From a virus, in the IMG/VR virus record IMGVR_UViG_3300045988_063349, positions 1 to 39,251 of that record: 39,251 bases of DNA, one strand, 5' to 3'. Of the stretch, positions 6,417 to 16,391 are shown piece by piece (position 1 is the first letter of the stretch; each line of letters opens with the position of its first letter). A program made the position numbers and the translations under genes. The notes below the pieces were generated by a model that worked only from the letters and a program-made list of their open reading frames with translations, had not been told where the DNA came from and searched no databases.

Positions 6417-6641
6417 TTAGTGCAAAATTTGGTTGACAATTGCACCGGCGACAGCGGCGCCGATTGTTGCCAGAATTGCAATAATCATATTAAGCTTGTT
6501 TTTAATCACCGCAAAAGATGTGTCACCATGAGCCAATCGCGCGTCGTGACTATCAAGCCTTTCCTCGTGCTCGTCAAGCCGCGCTTTGTGGTTTTCAAGC
6601 GTCTCTTTGACGTGGTTAACCTCACATTCCAAATCGTGCAT
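6417..6641 (-). CDS. xhlA: XhlA-like lysis-associated membrane protein (74 aa)
   Basis: N-terminal coiled coil (HKARLDEHEERLDSHDARL) plus a C-terminal TM helix, upstream of the holin. Confidence 0.6.
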   Translation of the reverse strand: MHDLECEVNHVKETLENHKARLDEHEERLDSHDARLAHGDTSFAVIKNKLNMIIAILATIGAAVAGAIVNQILH

Positions 6642-6710
6642 TTTGCATCATCCTTTCTTTACATTTGTATCGTTTTCCGCTGTCTATGCCGTATCTTTAC
6701 ATCGGCAGCA

Positions 6711-8738
6711 TTAAAAACCAAGTCCTATCTTGATTATTGACTCGGAATCCGCACCTGGAATGTTAAAAAAATTTCTTTGTGTATTTGCAAAATCTCTAAA
6801 TATGTTTCCAATGAACGAAATATTTGTCACCGGCTTTACTGCATCGTCCTTGAGCACGGCTAAGGCATAACGATACTTGCCAGCGCTTGTAACGATCATA
6901 CAGTTATTGATTGAGACCCTGCTAATTCCATCTGATTTAGCATTTATCAATACTCCGTTTTCATTGTCATAAAGAGATGTATTGTTAACAAATACATCTA
7001 AAATTGTATGATTTTGACCGTTGTTTAGTAGTCTGACGCCGTTTGTAGAGTTGCAAAAATCACATTTATCAATAACTATATACTGTCCGCATGTCACGCG
7101 CAATGCATCGACAGTAAATCCTTTTGATGACCCACCTGCTTTGCAGTTTGTAAAATAAACATAATTAGGCAGTATAGTATTACCCTCTTCAGTCGTCCCT
7201 GTGTTATTGTAATCTTTCCCGACAGAAAAGCCTATCCCTTCCGATGGCGGAAAAAGCGAAACACGCACATTATCAAAATAATTGTACCCGCTCGGACAAG
7301 ATATATCTATGCCGTATGCAAAATGCGTTATCACCACGTGCTGGACGCAAGTGTCCGTTGTCCGGCAATCCATGTTGTGTGGCGTGTTATCTCTAAATGC
7401 AATTGCTCTTGATGTAGGGTTGTCGTTGCCTTTTAGCGACAGATCCTCTATTTTTAAATTTGACCCGCCGAAAAATTGAATAAACGTGCCGGAATACGAT
7501 GCAACAAATAACGTCCCGTACCATTCTGTTCCGTCTCCCTTTATTGTGAGCCCTTTTTTTTGATTGATCGTTATATTGCTTTTAAAAAGGTAACTCCCCT
7601 TTGGAAAATAAAGAACCGTGCACGGTTTTGCATCGTCAATCGCTTTTTGCACAATTTCGGCACAATCTACAACACCAGTATTATCAAGTTTTCCGTCGGA
7701 TATAGCGTTCCAAACGTTTCGCTTCAACAAAAAAATATCCTGTTTAATAACTTCAATGTCTTGACTACTTCCGCAGCTTTGCAAATCAACAGTCACCGCC
7801 GCTGATCCGTCATAAGTTGCAGATGTTGCGCCCGTAAAGGTGAGCGGAAATGTATTTGCGAAAGTTGCTTGATTAAGCTTTTTACTAAAATCGGTTTCCG
7901 TTCCGGTATAGCCCGCTTCTTGCGCAAATTGATATGCGGATTTGCCGTCTGCACCCGCTGGGATTCCAAGCGTATATTTTCGCGCTTGTGCTGTGCTGTC
8001 AGCGGTTTCTGTGACGGTCGGCGCACTGCCAGCTGCAAGACTAGTTGCACCCGTGATTTCCACAGTGCCAGCTGTGCCAGAGTTCCATTTTGCAATGTCA
8101 CTTTCGGAGATGGAATCAAGAGCGGATTTATTGCTGTGTGTATGCCGTGCAGATGTGTTTTTGTCAATGTCGCTTTTTGCACTTTCCGGCACTGCACCAA
8201 CTTCTGCCGCTGTGTAGGTCGGCTTTGTTTCTGCCTTTGCCCAGTCCGGCACTGTCGGGTCTTTCTCCTGATGCGCATCAACAACGCTTTGTGCGATTTC
8301 GCGCGCCTTTTGCTCTGTAATGCCGCTCAATTTAATATCCTCAGCAGCCTTCAAAACCTTATCTACCCAGCTTTTAGCGGCATCAGGCGGTGTTTCCGGT
8401 GCTGTAAGTGCACTTTTAATGATTGTACTAAAAATCTTGCTTTTCGCAAGGTTTCCGTTAACCATCCAGCGCAGTTCAAGCTGACCAGTGCCCGCTGTTG
8501 CCGTGTCTCCGTCAGAAATCAGCCAACTAACACGGTTGTTTTCGTCCTGCTCGATATTTACCGGATAGGTTGTCCCGTCCGGCGTCCTGTGTACAGCTTC
8601 GGCAAAACCATCACCATACATTTTTGCATATCCGGCACACAGAAATGTAATCTCTGTCACTCCATTTTCGCCCTGCCTACCCAGCTGCAAAGAGCCGGAA
8701 AACGCAGGTGGGATATTATATTTTCGCATTACTTCCAC
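6711..8738 (-). CDS. Tail fiber/tail spike: BppU_N-like N-terminus plus pectate-lyase-type beta-helix
   Basis: N-terminus QGENGVTEITF...PDGTTYPV...GTGQLELRW. Central motif VDCAEIVQKAIDDAKPCTVLYFPKGSYLF...LTIKGDG. An alternative ATG start at 8729 overlaps the upstream stop. Confidence 0.75.
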   Translation of the reverse strand: MEVMRKYNIPPAFSGSLQLGRQGENGVTEITFLCAGYAKMYGDGFAEAVHRTPDGTTYPVNIEQDENNRVSWLISDGDTATAGTGQLELRWMVNGNLAKSKIFSTIIKSALTAPETPPDAAKSWVDKVLKAAEDIKLSGITEQKAREIAQSVVDAHQEKDPTVPDWAKAETKPTYTAAEVGAVPESAKSDIDKNTSARHTHSNKSALDSISESDIAKWNSGTAGTVEITGATSLAAGSAPTVTETADSTAQARKYTLGIPAGADGKSAYQFAQEAGYTGTETDFSKKLNQATFANTFPLTFTGATSATYDGSAAVTVDLQSCGSSQDIEVIKQDIFLLKRNVWNAISDGKLDNTGVVDCAEIVQKAIDDAKPCTVLYFPKGSYLFKSNITINQKKGLTIKGDGTEWYGTLFVASYSGTFIQFFGGSNLKIEDLSLKGNDNPTSRAIAFRDNTPHNMDCRTTDTCVQHVVITHFAYGIDISCPSGYNYFDNVRVSLFPPSEGIGFSVGKDYNNTGTTEEGNTILPNYVYFTNCKAGGSSKGFTVDALRVTCGQYIVIDKCDFCNSTNGVRLLNNGQNHTILDVFVNNTSLYDNENGVLINAKSDGISRVSINNCMIVTSAGKYRYALAVLKDDAVKPVTNISFIGNIFRDFANTQRNFFNIPGADSESIIKIGLGF

Positions 8739-9838
8739 CGTCCCTCTGCAACTAAATAAAAAGTACCGTTATTCATGCCGCCCGTTGCGTCCGCGCCTGG
8801 CGTATAACAAAATTTCGGTTCAGGTGGCAACTTGTAGGTGTTGTCACTTGCGTCAGCTGTGCAGCGTGCATAATCAGTATAAAGATATATGCCTGTGTAA
8901 TCTGTGCTTCCCGCTGTATGCATCAAAGAGACTGCAGGCGGCTCGATAAAACCAACCGGAAAAACTTCCTCTTCTGTGATTGTCGAGCTGGACACCTTTA
9001 CGCCAGTAACATTATTTATGTGCCAGCCGTACAAAAATGAGCTTTTCTTAACACTTTTTAGCGTCATTCTGCCGTCTGCATATTTATAGCCAGACCAGTA
9101 AGAATTTTGCACCTTTTCCGGTTCTGAACTTCCGCCCGCGCCGCCCAGCTGGCTTTTAGGTATACTTGCGATAACCTGTGATTCAGTGCCGCGTAAAACA
9201 AAGTTATCATTATTGTCAATTGCAAACTCGACAGGGCGCACTTTAAGGTTGCCCGCTGCGTTTACAACCGGAATTTCGCCTACTGCGTCCGTGTAGCCTG
9301 CTGCGTCCATTTTGCCAGCTATCTGCTGTCTGAGCGTTTCCGCTGCTGTCAGAGACATGTTTGCGCCATCCGTCAGTTCTTCCACGCCTGCGCCCTGCTC
9401 GATTGTACAAGCATATTGCATGTTTGTAGTTCGGACAACCGCGCCTGTGGAATCGTAACCAACGGCACCGATATATAGATTATTGCCAGCGTGCAACACA
9501 AAAGCATTTTCAGCAGTCAGTGTACAAGAGCCGCCGCCATCTGTTGCGCTGCGTGAAGTAATCTTCTCGGATACAACACGCTTTTGCTGATACTTCGACA
9601 GACGCGGATAGCAAGCTGGCGCAGACATGAGCACGATTTCCACTGTTGTGCATGCTTTCCAGTTATCCTGATTTTCTTTGCCGTTTACGTGCAAAAGTAG
9701 GTCTATAGTGCCCTTCTGACCGCTTAAAATATAATTCTCAGACCCAACAACCGAACCCTCATTGATGTAATCAACATGGTCTTCGTTCGTATTTGTCGAG
9801 CCAATGTTTGCGGTAAAAGTCCATGTTTTATATGCCAT
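8729..9838 (-). CDS. Tail/baseplate structural protein, function unknown (369 aa)
   Basis: Position between Tal and the tail spike. Confidence 0.6.
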   Translation of the reverse strand: MAYKTWTFTANIGSTNTNEDHVDYINEGSVVGSENYILSGQKGTIDLLLHVNGKENQDNWKACTTVEIVLMSAPACYPRLSKYQQKRVVSEKITSRSATDGGGSCTLTAENAFVLHAGNNLYIGAVGYDSTGAVVRTTNMQYACTIEQGAGVEELTDGANMSLTAAETLRQQIAGKMDAAGYTDAVGEIPVVNAAGNLKVRPVEFAIDNNDNFVLRGTESQVIASIPKSQLGGAGGSSEPEKVQNSYWSGYKYADGRMTLKSVKKSSFLYGWHINNVTGVKVSSSTITEEEVFPVGFIEPPAVSLMHTAGSTDYTGIYLYTDYARCTADASDNTYKLPPEPKFCYTPGADATGGMNNGTFYLVAEGRWK

Positions 9839-9842
9839 TTAA

Positions 9843-11006
9843 TCAATCCTTCCAGCCCGCAGATGCGCGGGAAATTGTTGCTTGTGTCGCGCCAAGAGTG
9901 ACAGTAGACTTTTCAGGATGCGTTAAATCAATGCTTTTCTCTTTGCACAGCAACCACACATTCAAATCATGCGGCTTACTAATCACATTGACATATTGAC
10001 CAACTTCAATGCGCGAAATGTCGCTGTCCAGTATAGACAAATCAAACGCGGTAATAGTCAAAGACGTTTTCAACGATTGACCATTAACCATGCCTTGCGC
10101 AAGATTTTTCAGCGTTTGAGGATCGTCAATATCATCCCAGGTCGCAGTGCCTATGATTCTGCCGTACAAGGATTCAAGGGCTTCGTTTTTGACATATCGA
10201 GTACTTGATACGCCATTTGCCAAAATGGTTCTGCGCTCCTGCCAGCCCTCATGCTGTTTGTTTGTGTCATCAAGCAGCTTTCCGACCGGATACAGCCAAG
10301 TGTAAAGCGATTCTCCATTAAGGTAGTTTTTAATATCGAGGATATTTTTGCCAAACTCGATTTTCTGTGTGCTGCGAATCTGTGCGCCCGTGGAATCAAT
10401 AAAGTCTGACTTAAAGTCAATGTATTGCTTTCCGTCATTGCCAACACGCAATACCAAATAGCCGTCTATCTTTTCAAGTAGCTTTTTGCAAAGTTCGAAC
10501 GGCGTTGTTGGTTCTTGCGTCTGAATCAATAAAGTGCCTGTTTTGTCACTAGTTCCCGCATAAAACTTGCGTGAATCGTCGTTTACCATCTTATTATGCG
10601 CAGTATTTGCAGTTTCCAGCCAGAATTTCAGCCAGCCAATAATGGAATCCGTTTCTGGAGGGCTGGTATATTTATTGTTGCCCTTTGTGTAAATCGGCTC
10701 AATGACCGTATCACATAGATATGCAAGCCTGTCCTCACAAGTTACAGTGATAGTGTTATCAAACGCCTTATCTACGCGAATTACGCGCCCTACAAACAAC
10801 TCTCCGTTACCGTCATACACTTTTACACGTGAGCGCAAAACATGCACATTGTTATATGCTGGATGTTTCTGCGACATTTTAAATGTGAACTGGTTGATCT
10901 CCCAGTCGATTGACTGAGAGATCACCATGTCCTCGCAGAATAGCCCCTGCTGCGCTGTGGCTGACGGATTGTGAATGATGTTGTCATCAAGGTATACTCT
11001 ATACAT
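9843..11006 (-). CDS. Tail-associated protein Tal (siphovirus tail tip / minor structural protein N-terminal type)
   Basis: MYRVYLDD...FTFKM...VKVYDGNGELFVGRVI pattern and synteny after Dit. Confidence 0.65.
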   Translation of the reverse strand: MYRVYLDDNIIHNPSATAQQGLFCEDMVISQSIDWEINQFTFKMSQKHPAYNNVHVLRSRVKVYDGNGELFVGRVIRVDKAFDNTITVTCEDRLAYLCDTVIEPIYTKGNNKYTSPPETDSIIGWLKFWLETANTAHNKMVNDDSRKFYAGTSDKTGTLLIQTQEPTTPFELCKKLLEKIDGYLVLRVGNDGKQYIDFKSDFIDSTGAQIRSTQKIEFGKNILDIKNYLNGESLYTWLYPVGKLLDDTNKQHEGWQERRTILANGVSSTRYVKNEALESLYGRIIGTATWDDIDDPQTLKNLAQGMVNGQSLKTSLTITAFDLSILDSDISRIEVGQYVNVISKPHDLNVWLLCKEKSIDLTHPEKSTVTLGATQATISRASAGWKD

Positions 11007-12017
11007 TTACAACCACGCCTTTCTGTAGGTCACCGTCACGGATGCAGACGTATTTTTAAAGCACAGCTCTGTGCCTTCCGGCGGAATCTTGATTTCCGTG
11101 CACTCATAAGTCCCGCTTTTATAGCTTTCGGAAACATTTCCCGCAACCACAACGCCGCTTTTAGATGACTGGATAACCGGATTTACAGAAACTGCACCGC
11201 CCGCGCACTGAACGAAATGACCGGAAATAACGCCTTGACAATACATACCCGAAAGCGAACCCGTCCAAACTCTCCAAACCTTTGTCAAATCCTCAACCGA
11301 TTCTTTGATTTCGCTTGTGGGTATATCCACAAACCATCTGTGAGTTGCGGAAGATGGTACAGTATAAAATTTAATAAAAGCACCGCCAACCGAACCCGCG
11401 ATAGTAACATCAAACTGCCTGTTCCACAACTTACCACCGCGTGGAACATCATACCAAATTCTCAGGCTATCATATTGAGATAAATCAAGCTCTGGAAATG
11501 TAGTCGTTCCAAACCGCAAGTCGGTATCTGTCTTGCGTTCATTTCCCGCATGAACGCCCTTAAAAGGAATAACACGTTCATCTGTTGTAGACCAAGTTTC
11601 GTTGAAAGTGGTATATTCATTTTCGTACCAGAACGGCTGTAGTGTTGCTGAAATGTTTAGATACAGCACTTTATCCTTGACGGAATGCGAATCTACATAA
11701 CAAACGCCCTCATAATAACCACCCGGCTGTTCATCCAGCCGAATCTTAAGATATTGCCCATGCACGCTTTTTGCAATGTCGCGCATGATGTCCGTCCAAT
11801 CGTCCCGCTGTGCGTCTGTCTTAAACTTCCAAGTCTTTTTTCGGCTCTGATAGGTCGGCTCGCCCGTCATTACTTCCGTTAAATTGATATATCCATTGCC
11901 GCCGTCAATCTCCAACAGGTTTAGATTAGGATCGGCTGCATCGACAAACGGATCCTCTACCAAGCAGAGTCCCCAATCGTCAAAGGTGTGTTTATCTCCA
12001 AATGTGATACCTTGCAT
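11007..12017 (-). CDS. Distal tail protein Dit (Sipho_tail family)
   Basis: MQGITFGDKHTFDDWGL N-terminus; immediately downstream of the tape measure. Confidence 0.7.
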   Translation of the reverse strand: MQGITFGDKHTFDDWGLCLVEDPFVDAADPNLNLLEIDGGNGYINLTEVMTGEPTYQSRKKTWKFKTDAQRDDWTDIMRDIAKSVHGQYLKIRLDEQPGGYYEGVCYVDSHSVKDKVLYLNISATLQPFWYENEYTTFNETWSTTDERVIPFKGVHAGNERKTDTDLRFGTTTFPELDLSQYDSLRIWYDVPRGGKLWNRQFDVTIAGSVGGAFIKFYTVPSSATHRWFVDIPTSEIKESVEDLTKVWRVWTGSLSGMYCQGVISGHFVQCAGGAVSVNPVIQSSKSGVVVAGNVSESYKSGTYECTEIKIPPEGTELCFKNTSASVTVTYRKAWL

Positions 12018-14779
12018 TATGCCAATCCCCTCCTAAATCGCTGTCTGTTTTCACCTAGCTTTTGGTCAATCGCCTTGACGGTCTCGCCTACCAGTACATC
12101 CTTGTCGATGTAAATGCTCTGACCGGTTGCGCCTTGCTGGATAATCTCATTCAGCTGGCTGATGATCGTACTCAGTCCAGCGGAAAGTGCGCTGTCCACC
12201 TGCTCTCGCACTGTGTTTGCAAGGCTGTTTTGTCCTACAATGTACTCATTTCCAGCCTCACCGCCGCCTGCGATTCCGTGCGCTGTCGCAAACAACGTCG
12301 GATTGTCAAGCAAGTACGCGCCCTCCATTGCTCTCTTATACCATTGTACGCTGATATGCGGCACGCTGGGCGGGTTAAGGCTGAAACTGCCAGATATAGA
12401 AAAGTGCGGCAATTTGATGTTTGGTAATTTTAATGTTAGTCCGCTAAAGAAGCCCTTAATTGCATTAAGTCCGTTTTTCACTGTATTTTTTGCGCCGTTG
12501 ATAACGCTGGAAATCTTCTCTTTCACGGCGTTAAATGCGTTAGATACCGCAGATTTTATGCCGTTTACAGCACTCGATGCGAACGATTTCATAGCGTTAA
12601 ATCCGTTAGATACCGTGCTCTGTATACCTGACACAACACTAGATACAGTGGACTTGATGGTTTGCCAGATGCTAGAGATTACAGCCATTACATTTGCCAT
12701 AATGCTTGCAACCGCCGACCTTATATTGTTGAAACCGTTTGTTATAGCAGTCCCTATAGCCGATACCGCACTGCTCACCGTTGACGTGATAGCCGACCAC
12801 ACGGCAGCCATCAAAATCGGAAGAGTGCTCCAAATTCCGGTCACAGCCCCAACAAATTCGGAAAATTTTGCCTTGACGAAATCAACAATTGTGCCCCAAT
12901 TTTGGAATATGAGGATCGCTGCTGTGACAGCTGCTATCACGATCAGAACCGGCGCCGCAACTGTTGCGAGAACGCCGCCGAACGTCGTAAAAGCGGTCAC
13001 AACCACGGTAATAATCGGAGCGAGCAGGGCAAACGCTGTCACTGCAAGACCTATCGCAATAATGATATTTTGCACCGGTTCCGGCAAATTGGTAAACGCC
13101 GTTGTGATTGTCTCTACTGCCTGTGTCACAATCGGCAATACTGTGTTCGCAAGCTCGGTCAGCTTGTCGCCGAGCGGCGAAAAGGCATCGTTGAGCTGTC
13201 GGGTGTTTGCCTCAAGTTGCTGCGTCGGCGTGAGTGACTGCTCAGCAAACTGCGCCGCCTTGCCGCCGACATCGTCATACTGTGTGCCGACCGCTCCGAG
13301 CGACTCGATAACCTTTAGTCCGCCGTCCTCTGCGAGCGTGCCGAACGCAGTTGTCGCTAAGTTAAGAGCTTGCTGCTGGTTATCGCAGTTTTGTATATCT
13401 GATACAATGCTCTGTATAACCTCTTTTTGCGATGCACCGCCGTTTTGCCATGCCTCAAAAAGCTCTTGCGTCCGATCGGAAAACTTGCCGATGTTGTCCT
13501 CGATCGAGCCGTCTGCAAGTTTGTTTGTGACCTCGTTAATCGCATCATTGACTTTATCAAGCTGATATGCGCCGTTCTCCACGCCGCTCGTCAACACTGT
13601 AAAATACTCGCTTGTGCTATATCCGGCCTGAGCAAACTTGCCGGAATACTCTGCGATGTTGTCACCCAGCTCGTCCGTCTTATCTAGTCCGTTTTGAGTA
13701 CCGGCAACAAGGTAGTTCATCGCGTCCTCAGCCGACAAACCAAAATTTACCATCAGCGCAGACACGCCGCGCACGCTCTCGGACAGATCGATTCCGAACA
13801 TGTCCTCCATCTGCATCAGCTGCGTTGTGAGATTGCTCAATGTGACATTATCCACATCGCCGAGGTTACGGCGGATTGTAATAATCGCGTCAGCCACAGC
13901 GTCCATACTGTCGCCCACGCCGCTCTCAAACACAGATTTGATAACTTCTGCGCTCTCACCGGCTTTCGCGCCGGTGTCCGCAAAATATGAAGAAACCTTT
14001 GTTGTCGCGTCCTCGATTTGCAGATAGCTGTCCATTGCCGCGCCGCCGAGCTCTCTCAGCTTGTCTGCGACATTTGCCAGCTGGTCAGCAGCTTGCATGA
14101 GCACTCCGGCCTTAAAAAACTTGCCGATGCCGCTCTCTAAACTGTCTCCTGCGTCGCCCGCACCGCTGGCCATGTCGTCCATTTTGCCGGACAAATTGTC
14201 AAACTCTCTCTCGGCTGCACTTAGCTTTTGAGCAAGTTCCTGCGACGCGTCACTCTGCGCGCCGGTCTTTGCGACCGACTCATTAAACGCCTGCGTCAGA
14301 TCGTCTACGTTCTGCTGCGCGGCGTCAAGTTGTGCAGCAAGCAACTTGACTTTGTTTTCTGCCGTCGTCGCTGCGTTACCGTAATCGTCAAGAGCGGCGG
14401 AAGTCTTGTCAATGTCATCCGCGCTCTCTCCGATGCCGTCCGCGCTCTCTTTCGCGCCGTCAAGTTTTGTCTTTGCCTTGTCTGCGCTGTCTGCGCTGTC
14501 GGCAAGGTCTTTGCCCATGTCGTCAGCAGCATTGCCAGCGGCATCCAGCTTTGTCGCCATGTCGCTCGCGCTGCTGCCAGCGGATTTTGTTGCACTTCCA
14601 ACTTCGTCCGCGCTGGTTCCGACGCCTTCAAACTTCTTCTCGGCGGCATCAGATGATTTGCCAGCCGTGTCCAGCTTTTTGCCAAATTCTTCTGCTTGCT
14701 TTCCGCTGTTTTTGATGCCCTTCTCATAACCGGACGTATCAAGTGAGATGGTACCAAACAGTTCCAGCACATTATTCAT
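12017..14779 (-). CDS. Tape measure protein (920 aa)
   Basis: Length, Ala/Ser-rich helical repeats, internal TM block, position after the G/GT chaperones. Confidence 0.9.
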   Translation of the reverse strand: MNNVLELFGTISLDTSGYEKGIKNSGKQAEEFGKKLDTAGKSSDAAEKKFEGVGTSADEVGSATKSAGSSASDMATKLDAAGNAADDMGKDLADSADSADKAKTKLDGAKESADGIGESADDIDKTSAALDDYGNAATTAENKVKLLAAQLDAAQQNVDDLTQAFNESVAKTGAQSDASQELAQKLSAAEREFDNLSGKMDDMASGAGDAGDSLESGIGKFFKAGVLMQAADQLANVADKLRELGGAAMDSYLQIEDATTKVSSYFADTGAKAGESAEVIKSVFESGVGDSMDAVADAIITIRRNLGDVDNVTLSNLTTQLMQMEDMFGIDLSESVRGVSALMVNFGLSAEDAMNYLVAGTQNGLDKTDELGDNIAEYSGKFAQAGYSTSEYFTVLTSGVENGAYQLDKVNDAINEVTNKLADGSIEDNIGKFSDRTQELFEAWQNGGASQKEVIQSIVSDIQNCDNQQQALNLATTAFGTLAEDGGLKVIESLGAVGTQYDDVGGKAAQFAEQSLTPTQQLEANTRQLNDAFSPLGDKLTELANTVLPIVTQAVETITTAFTNLPEPVQNIIIAIGLAVTAFALLAPIITVVVTAFTTFGGVLATVAAPVLIVIAAVTAAILIFQNWGTIVDFVKAKFSEFVGAVTGIWSTLPILMAAVWSAITSTVSSAVSAIGTAITNGFNNIRSAVASIMANVMAVISSIWQTIKSTVSSVVSGIQSTVSNGFNAMKSFASSAVNGIKSAVSNAFNAVKEKISSVINGAKNTVKNGLNAIKGFFSGLTLKLPNIKLPHFSISGSFSLNPPSVPHISVQWYKRAMEGAYLLDNPTLFATAHGIAGGGEAGNEYIVGQNSLANTVREQVDSALSAGLSTIISQLNEIIQQGATGQSIYIDKDVLVGETVKAIDQKLGENRQRFRRGLA

Positions 14780-15436
14780 CGACCGTCACCGTCCTGTTGT
14801 ATTTTGATAAAAGGCTGTTTTTAACCTGTGCTTCGTTCAGATCGCGTTCCGGCTGCGGATTGTCGATAGCCTCATAAGCGTCATACCACCGGCGATTTGC
14901 ACCGCACAAGAGTTTCAAGCAATCTGTGATATAAGTATCATAAGACAGTCGTTTAACTCGCTCTATATAACAGTCTGTAATGTGCTCAAACACAAACTTC
15001 CTGCCGAAAATGCGCACCTGTTCAAGCGTTATTCGTGCAACGTATCTTTTTACTTCTGCGCTCCCAACGACGCTACAGACGTAAAAAAATCCATGATTTC
15101 CTTATTATTCAGCACCTTTACGGCGGTCGTAAGCAGCTTGACACCCTTCGGAAATTCCTCGCCGTCATCCAGCACAATCAGAGAGTGCAGTGCCTTAATC
15201 GTTTCGTCCGGATGTTCCTTCATTGCGCTTTTTGCAATGTCAAGCATGTTCTTTTTCGACTGAGCCTCAAGTTTTGCCTTGCGCTCAGCTTCGGTTTCGG
15301 TTCCGTCAAGCTCCGGCATGTGCTTTCTGATTTCTGCAAAGCCCACCGCTTTTACCATATTTGCCACAGCTTCGGCGGCATCATAAACCGCGCCGAGAAA
15401 CTGCGCGTCGTCCTGTACGTCTGTAATCAGTCTCAT
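14772..15436 (-). CDS. Tail assembly chaperone GT (-1 frameshift fusion)
   Basis: The -1 frame is open from the T7 slippery run (15089..15083) through ORF 14772..15017. Confidence 0.65.
15050..15436 (-). CDS. Tail assembly chaperone G
   Basis: 128-aa acidic protein between the major tail and tape measure genes; contains a slippery site near its 3' end. Confidence 0.75.
   Translation of the reverse strand: MRLITDVQDDAQFLGAVYDAAEAVANMVKAVGFAEIRKHMPELDGTETEAERKAKLEAQSKKNMLDIAKSAMKEHPDETIKALHSLIVLDDGEEFPKGVKLLTTAVKVLNNKEIMDFFTSVASLGAQK
15083..15089 (-). promoter_or_regulatory. Programmed -1 ribosomal frameshift heptamer T TTT TTT
   Basis: In the G frame GA-T TTT TTT-ACG. After the shift the reading is TTT TTT TAC GTC ... 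with no stop until 14772. Confidence 0.65.
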
Positions 15437-15439
15437 TTA

Positions 15440-16000
15440 TTAAACTTCCGCCTTTTTCACATAAAATTCCATCGGGACTACATCCTGCGCATTGATCGAC
15501 ACGTGACCGGTCAGCTCTACCGAGACCTGACCCTTGCCCTTCTTTGTCGTCTGCAGACTAAATCCGCCGGTACCGAGTGCATTCATCAGCTTACAGCATG
15601 CCCAGCCGCCGTCCTTCATGTCGCCAACCCAGTAAATGTCTGCAAAATCGGTGGTTTTGAGCGATGCTCTCGGCGTTACCTTTGTGTCGCTGATGTCAGC
15701 CGCGCCAATCGCCGCCTTAATCGCTTTAAGAGATACAGACAGACAGGTAAAGGACATCTTTGCCTCCCAGCTCTCGATCTCTTTAAGCTCCATCATATTT
15801 GTCGGCACGTTGTCGATGTCCTCGCCGTAGTCCGTGTATGACGGCGTCAGAGATACCTGAATGCCACCGGACGTCGCGCAAATAATATCCTCGTCTGCAA
15901 TCTCAGCAGTACCGTTAAGGTCAAACTTAGACAGCACCATGCCTGCGTCAAACTGGATTTCTTTGAACGCATCGGTAGAAATTTTTGAAAACTTTCCCAT
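15440..16000 (-). CDS. Major tail protein (186 aa)
   Basis: Size and position immediately upstream of the chaperones. Confidence 0.7.
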   Translation of the reverse strand: MGKFSKISTDAFKEIQFDAGMVLSKFDLNGTAEIADEDIICATSGGIQVSLTPSYTDYGEDIDNVPTNMMELKEIESWEAKMSFTCLSVSLKAIKAAIGAADISDTKVTPRASLKTTDFADIYWVGDMKDGGWACCKLMNALGTGGFSLQTTKKGKGQVSVELTGHVSINAQDVVPMEFYVKKAEV

Positions 16001-16019
16001 GTTGTCACCTTTTAATATG

Positions 16020-16391
16020 TCATAATGTAATCAAATACTCTGCGTCTATCAAAATGTAAATCCGTTTGATGTCGGGAGATACATCGTCACGCAGAGTCTG
16101 TGCAAAGGGCGTGCCTCGTGTAAACCAGACGCACCCGTTGTCACAATCCACAGTCTCACCGCCACAGCCCAATCTTTCAAAGATTTCACGCTTTTTAGCA
16201 TTGATTTCCGTGTTTTTTGTGCTGTAGTAGTACAAATTTACCGTTCCTGTAGCTTTCCCGCCGTCCCAATCGGACAGCGGGAAATTGTACGTCAGGTACG
16301 GAAAAACTACATCATCGGGCACGCTTGTCTCCGGATAGGCAACCAGCCCGAATCCAGAAAAATATGCCTGAATCGCTGCATCAATCGTCAT
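16020..16391 (-). CDS. Tail terminator / tail completion protein
   Basis: Synteny. ATG 16391 forms an ATGA overlap with the upstream stop (alternative ATG at 16403). Confidence 0.55.
   Translation of the reverse strand: MTIDAAIQAYFSGFGLVAYPETSVPDDVVFPYLTYNFPLSDWDGGKATGTVNLYYYSTKNTEINAKKREIFERLGCGGETVDCDNGCVWFTRGTPFAQTLRDDVSPDIKRIYILIDAEYLITL

Noticed and set aside
5369-6481. 370-aa ORF from the track taken as one endolysin CDS
   Set aside because: Its N-terminal 89 codons overlap the holin and XhlA genes in another frame and look like low-complexity read-through. The ATG at 6214, which shares one base with the holin stop, gives a sensible 281-aa endolysin.
7869-8759. 296-aa plus-strand ORF opposite the tail-spike gene
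   Set aside because: It is an antisense shadow ORF with a Cys/Arg-rich nonsense-like composition and no translation signals.
12162-13565. 467-aa plus-strand ORF (and other plus-strand ORFs at 12062..14729) opposite the tape-measure gene
   Set aside because: These are antisense shadows of a long Ala/Ser-rich, low-stop gene. They have no RBS, are low-complexity Cys/Ser/Pro-rich translations, and would interrupt the tail operon.
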